Shown here: one piece after another, positions 58,606 through 64,000 of the stretch
Layout of the letters: every line of letters starts with the position of its first letter
Numbering within the stretch: position 1 is the first letter of the stretch
Source: Podospora anserina
Lineage: Eukaryota
NCBI GenBank assembly: GCA_017654855.1
Contig: CM030333.1
Span: 372,001-436,000, forward strand
DNA length: 64,000 bases
Reading direction: 5' to 3'
Notes under the pieces: model-generated
What the model was told of the DNA's origin: nothing
The model's input: only the letters and a program-made list of their open reading frames with translations
Databases searched by the model: none
Translations under genes and position numbers: made by a program

Positions 58606-59305
58606 CTAGTGAGCAGCATCGGGACCTGTTCCGTTTCTTTCGCCAACTGTTTTGTTTTTGTCAGCATAACCGCCACCCAGCTGGAAAATGGAGCGAAAAC
58701 CTACCATCAAGAGCAACCAAGAACCGACTGACACAGTTGTAGCACGCAACCTGTTATGTTGTTAGCTGTTTTGTTGCATTGTTGTTTCTCAGGTAAAAAA
58801 CAAAGCTTACAGTAGCAGTGATCTCAACCATCTCCTTGTCGCTGAAGATCTCCCTCATCTTGGCAAACGTCTCATCCCTCACCTGAACGTTTCTTGTCAT
58901 CTCATCCGTATAGCAAGTAACAGCCCACTGCTTGTCCGTAAGCTCGGCATGCTTCTGGGTCTCACCCAAAACGAGAGGCTGCTCAGTCTTGATGGCGTTC
59001 ATGCCCTCCTTGCTCACACCACCCTGCTCGGCGAGGGGAGCATGGTGAGCCCACTCATACCAGGCCCGGTTGACAACGGCAACGCGGGAGATGGCAATCT
59101 CACGAAGGTCCTGAGGGATGGTGGTCTTGGTGCGGACCGCGCCGAGGAAGGAGTTCCAGCCGTCAGCAACCGGGGGTGAATGAAGGAGGGTGAGATCCAA
59201 GGGTTGAAGGGGACGGGGGTGGCGGCGGGTCTGGATGCGCTGGACGATCTCAGCCTCCTCTGGGGTGGCCGTTGGGGGTGGGTCGGCGATGTAGGGGAGA
59301 CGCAT
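58606..59305 (-). CDS. Carboxymuconolactone decarboxylase / AhpD-like protein; introns 58810-58751 and 58704-58647, plus a 5'UTR intron 59425-59347
   Basis: Motifs MRLPY, LDLTLLHSPPVADGWNSFLGAVR, REIAISRVAVVNRAWYEWAHH and VEITAT|VACYNCVSRFLVALD|VGE. Confidence 0.9.
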
Positions 59306-61514
59306 TTTGCGAGTTTGATATTGGGGATAGGGGATATCTTGTTTACCTAAGAGTCAGTACTTGTATAAACATATGAAGCTCGAGTCATTCTCATCTTGTG
59401 ATGAGAGACAGCAGGTAGCACTTACAACAACGGGAGTTGCCTAATCGAGGTCTGAGACAAGGCCTGAGAATGGAGGTTACCTTCATGTGAGCTCACCTTT
59501 GAGAGGAAAAGAGAAAGATCAACAGTGATTCAGACAATGTGGACAAGGGCCCGGCAACGGCAACTGATGTCATCCCCACATTGCCGGTTCCGCAGCGGGT
59601 GACGGCGGGACAGAGCGGAGGTTTAGTGCGGGGGTATCCACCCCCTTTGCTGTAGCGGGACCATGTTCGGTAAGTATTTATTTACTTCGGCTTCAACTCT
59701 TTTCTAAATCTTGACATGGAAATACATGAGACACCGGATGACCAGATTATATAGGGCTTTCTTGCCACGATGCTGTTCACAAGGACTCAGAAGCGATTCG
59801 AAGCTTGATTTCCTAGGTACACATTCATTTCTCTTGTGAAGTACTGTTCGTGGCCCATCTTCCCAGTGAGCTTCAAATGACAGTCTTTGTTACTGTGTGT
59901 CACAAGGGGAACTTACACATATGATTCCGCTTGAAATTGGAATAACTTCCGCTTCACCACCACACCTTTTGCAAAGTTTGTGGAAAAGAGGCCTCTCTGC
60001 CTGGTAACTTTTCTAAGCACAAACTACTTCGATAGCCATTTCTATATTCAACACTTCTCCTTGATAGCTTGGTCTTTTATCTTGAACAAATTTGAAAACA
60101 GTGATTAAAGGACAATGTCCACAAAAGAGATATGAATGACTTGGTATATACATAATTAACTGACACACACGCATTACTCGCATGCCAATGACATTAGATC
60201 TCAAGCTTGCATCGATGGGGTCTCAAATGGTCGTTGAAGCCGGCATGCGCTTGCAGTTACTCACCGGGCCGTGGGCATTTCCTTTGAACTGGAAATGGAA
60301 GTGGCTCCCAAGTCACTGGGGAGCATGAACAGGAAGGTCATTTCCAAGATCAGCTGTACCGGCGTCAAATACCCCCCGAGACCCGCCTCCTGGGTAGGCA
60401 AGCGCAGAGAAGCTCCTTCTCTGGTATGTGACAGACTCAGCAAAGTGATGCTCTGGTGTTCCCAAACCTTCTCTCCTCTCCTCTCTTCCACCAATTCATC
60501 ACAGAGCGAAGTTGGGATTTCCAGCCCTACATAGCCAACTTGCCCACTCCCGGCCTCCTCTCTTCTTTTTTGGGTACATTGTGACATATTGTCTTTACCG
60601 GCATCCTTCATCAATCTGGCCTTGCCTTGTTCCACCTTGTGAACACCACCTGAGCGTTTTTTTGGGAGCGAGCGAGCGATCGAAATCAAATCACAACTGC
60701 ATGAATCATCTTGGACGACCGAGCACTACAATTGCCAATATAAAGAGGCTCGATACCTTACCTCCCCATCTTCTTTGCCGTCTCTATTGTGTTTTGGACT
60801 GGTCTCTCGGCACGTAATATTCCCGTCTGATACCTGGGTGCCTGGGCTGCGTAAAATTGGCTGCGAGTTGTCTTAAGAGAAGACTGAGGAGCTTTGCACT
60901 GGAGGGAGGCATTTCAAAGCCAAGACCACTCTTCAAACTGCTATTATTGGCTCAATTTTACAATCGACGACATCATCAGCTTGGTTTCCGGGGCCAAGGG
61001 CAGGATAGCTCTCGCCATTTTGGTCACATCTTGCTGTCAACACAGGACCAATTTCCTGGCGGCTGGGAAAACCCCTCGTCTCCCTTCCTAGGCAACTGTC
61101 TTTTCAACCTGACCACAAGCAGGAACAATTTCTTTGTCTCTCCTCAACTAGCAAGCTTCCTGGCAAGTTCGTCAACCATCTAGCTTGGAACAACTTCAAC
61201 GATCTCGCCTCAGTACAACTTGGTGTGAGGCTTCTGAAACGTTCAACTGGCTGGCCATCTTCTGGTTGACCATACTCTGTAAGTCTTCTCATACTTGGTG
61301 CTCCCCATTCTCCAATGAATCAGGCCTTTCAGTTGATGATTCACTGGGGGTTGATCCTCTTTTGGCGAGGATATTGAGAGATGATCCGAGGATTGAGTCC
61401 ATCTGGGGATATCTGCAACAACGTCAGCTAACCAAGGATTGAAACAGTCTACTGCCGTCACTCATTCCTCTCGATTTTAATCTTGGTCCTCCGATCGGAC
61501 TTCCCAACATCAAC

Positions 61515-63863
61515 ATGCTTCTTCCACGCCACTCAAGCAAAATCCAGCCTCATGGCTCCCAGGCCACCACTAGGCCAAGTCGGCTGAGATCTCCTGGTCT
61601 TCGGCTCAAGACAAGTTCGCTCGATCTTATTCCTTCAGATGAGAAGGCCCAGGCGATGGCTTCAGCCGACTGGAGAAAGATGGCGCCGGATTCTGGCCTC
61701 GGCGATAATCGTCAGCAGATTTCAGACGAGAATAGCAGACATCCATCCGACCAGAATGATGGCTTTTACTCGCCCTTTGTGCTGGGGATGAAGCCTATGA
61801 ATACTGGATCAAGGGCTCAGTACCAGTATGCTAGGGACCCTACAAGCGGCATTGCTTGGGAGGTCATTTCATCGGCTCCTGGGTGCGATTTCAGGCGGGA
61901 GGAAACGAGAACCAGCGAGTCGTCAGGCATACCGTCCTCAATCCTCAAGGCGTGCCAACCGAACCTCCAAAACACCACGATGGTGCGGCTTAAGGCCATC
62001 AAGCCAATGAACGTGAGCATCAACGGCGACATCATCAAACTGCCCAACAAGTACTCTTTGGATGTTACCCCTGTTGACATCCAAGAGCCAGACGCTGCTT
62101 GCTTTATGAACAGGGAACACGGCGAGATCCTGGCCACTCTCAAGCTCCTCAAGCCCAAGGCCCGCTTACGCCGTATGAAGTCCGAGCTTCACGAAGAGAG
62201 CGTTCTGAAAGATCTGGATGACTTCTTGTCCCAACAGAGTGGGAAGCCTCCAAAGGTCGTCGCGGCAAGCAAGGAAGCTCAACGCCAAAACCGTAGGTCA
62301 TCGGGGCATTGGAGCAGCCATGACTCTGGAATCTCAACCAGTTCTGAAACCTCTGGCCTTCAGAAAGAGATGCCTTTAGGGGCACATCACCGAACACCTG
62401 CGGAAGGTCACCGCTTTCAGACACTACTCAGCCGCCTACACTTGACCACGGAGACAAGAGAAGCTTCCCAGCCGCCGACAGCACCTGATCATGCTGAGAC
62501 GTCGAAGAGCCATGCTCAGGTGGTGGATCCTGCAATTATCGCCGCAAAGGTCAAAGACGAAGAGCGCGAGGAGACGCCCGACAACTCGGAAAGGGGCGCG
62601 CGCGAAGGTACCTTTTTCGGAAGGGATTCTACCTTGCTGTTTGGGAAGGGTAAATGGGCGCAAAAATCACACGATTCTGGCTATTCAACATTCCATTTCA
62701 TGAAGCAGGGCACACAAGAACCAACAAGGCCCAAGGCGGTCGAGCATTTTGGTCCTACGGTTCAGAAGCGCAAAGAAGATTCAACATCATGTTCAACCAC
62801 CTCAACCAAGTTGAATCCCACAGCTGCCGAATTCAAGTCGGTCACCAAAGGTGACCTCAAGTCAGGGGTGAAGAGCGATTTCAAGCCCGCGCCTGCAGCT
62901 TATCCTGCCCCTCCCTGGACTCCAAAAAGACGGACACGGCCTTTACTCAACAATATCTTTCCTGGTGTACTGGAAGATCCCGGTTTCATGGCCCAGACAG
63001 TGCCATTTGTGGCAAACGATTGTCTTCAAGGTAGTCCATGGCAGACAAGTGGTCCTCCAACAGGGCCAGTGTGGGTGGCTGAACCGGGACAGCCTATCCC
63101 AGAGATGGCCTTCCAACCACCAGTAGCACCAATAGCAATGGCACCTCTTCCCATTGTTGATCCAGTTACGCAGCAGTTGGTCCCACCACCCTTCGCTCCT
63201 CCGCCCAGCAACTTTGGAACCTTCCCGCCTTCCGGAATCGCTCCTATTGCCAGCCAGATGCCAGGTCCCAACCCCGTATTTAGCACGCTTCCTCCATTGC
63301 GGCCTCCCCCAGCCCCCAGACCAAGATTTTCTCAGCCTATCCCGATTCCTCCTGGGCAAAGAGCCCCTATGCCCGCCGTGCCGAATGCAACTAGCTTCCA
63401 AGCACCTACTCTATACGGTCCAACTCTTGTTGCCGGTCCACCGCCTCCTTTGGCCTAGGATGGCAAGGGACCACGACCGGTATTTCCCGTCACCCAGAAA
63501 CCACGAGACCATGACCCTGTGAAGCAGCAGGCATATGAATCGTATCTGGAGTGGCGAAAGGCCAATGAGCCTGGCTATCACATGAAGTGCAAAATGCGTC
63601 AAGCACACCGTGTGGTTCGTCAATACCAGCAACAGGCGCAGACTGCTGACTGGAAGACCGTAGCTGGGCAGGCCAAAGCAGCAGCTGGAGCGTTGGAAGC
63701 ACATGCAGCCGAGGAAAAGAGGAGGTCAAAAGAAGCAGCTCTCAAGGAGCAATTCAAAATGAGTGTGAAGAGGGTAGCAGAGTCCTCTGGAGCCACGGAG
63801 ATAAAGGAACAAACACTTCCGGACACGAATAATGAAAAGCAAACACAAACATTGGTCATATAA
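61515..63863 (+). CDS. Hypothetical protein with PAM2-like motif and Pro-rich region, interrupted by one in-frame TAG (63456-63458); 782 aa if the stop is recoded
   Basis: ORFs 61515..63458 and 63519..63863 are in the same frame (offset 2004 nt), separated only by TAG. The read-through gives ...PPPLA*DGKGPRPVFPVTQKPRDHDPVKQQAYESYLEWRKANEPGYHMKCKMRQAHR... Confidence 0.75.
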
Positions 63864-64000
63864 AGCACACGATGACGAAAAGAGGGATATGCCCGTTTGC
63901 TCCGGAATACGATTCTTGTCATTTCGAAAGCTCGCTCGCTCAGGACAATTCTTTTCAACAGTTAGCAACCTTCGTTTCCGTTCCCCATCTTATTATATTG

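Noticed and set aside
3852-58608. Stop-loss editing or readthrough at other TAG-terminated genes (ORM1, AIM24-like, NAT2-like, APS1, AhpD-like)
   Set aside because: Their family domains are already complete at the stop, and the downstream in-frame sequence is short or featureless.
60857-61442. Short ORFs upstream of the 61515 gene, one ending in TAG at 61183, as a possible second edited stop or upstream exons
   Set aside because: Read-through of that TAG closes within about 15 codons, the translations are not protein-like, and I found no convincing splice path.

Overview
Gene-dense, intron-containing eukaryotic DNA from a filamentous ascomycete. The GT..CTRAY..YAG introns and the gene set point to a Sordariomycete, plausibly Sordariales such as Podospora (inference only). 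About 24 protein-coding genes are supported. Recognisable ones: ORM1, an Air1/2-like zinc-knuckle protein, an SLN1/TcsB-type hybrid histidine kinase, AIM24-like, DUF1279/NAT2-like, PNGase A, MARVEL/NCE102-like, MIM2, eIF2-beta, PP2C (PTC2/3), AXL2, an EFM6-like methyltransferase, an Asp f7/RlpA-like protein, CCZ1, MAF1, AP-1 sigma, the glutamate-cysteine ligase modifier subunit, BUD32 and an AhpD/CMD protein. The rest are hypotheticals. No tRNA, rRNA, transposon or CRISPR array could be supported. Top signal: the last gene (61515..63863, +) is split by one in-frame TAG (63456-63458). That TAG sits in the loop of a predicted hairpin, in a U-A-G context, just upstream of a compact conserved-looking C-terminal domain. 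This is the signature of premature-stop correction by sexual-stage A-to-I mRNA editing (UAG to UIG, read as Trp); splicing is the alternative to exclude. Other notable items: a >1000-aa secreted His/Asp/Lys- and Cys/Pro-repeat protein missed by the ORF track, a phased 20-21-bp AGGCCT/GATA minisatellite, a duplicated Trp-patterned helical module in the zinc-knuckle protein, an in-frame exitron candidate in eIF2-beta, and a uORF overlapping the MAF1 start codon. Family assignments come from motif recall, not database searches.
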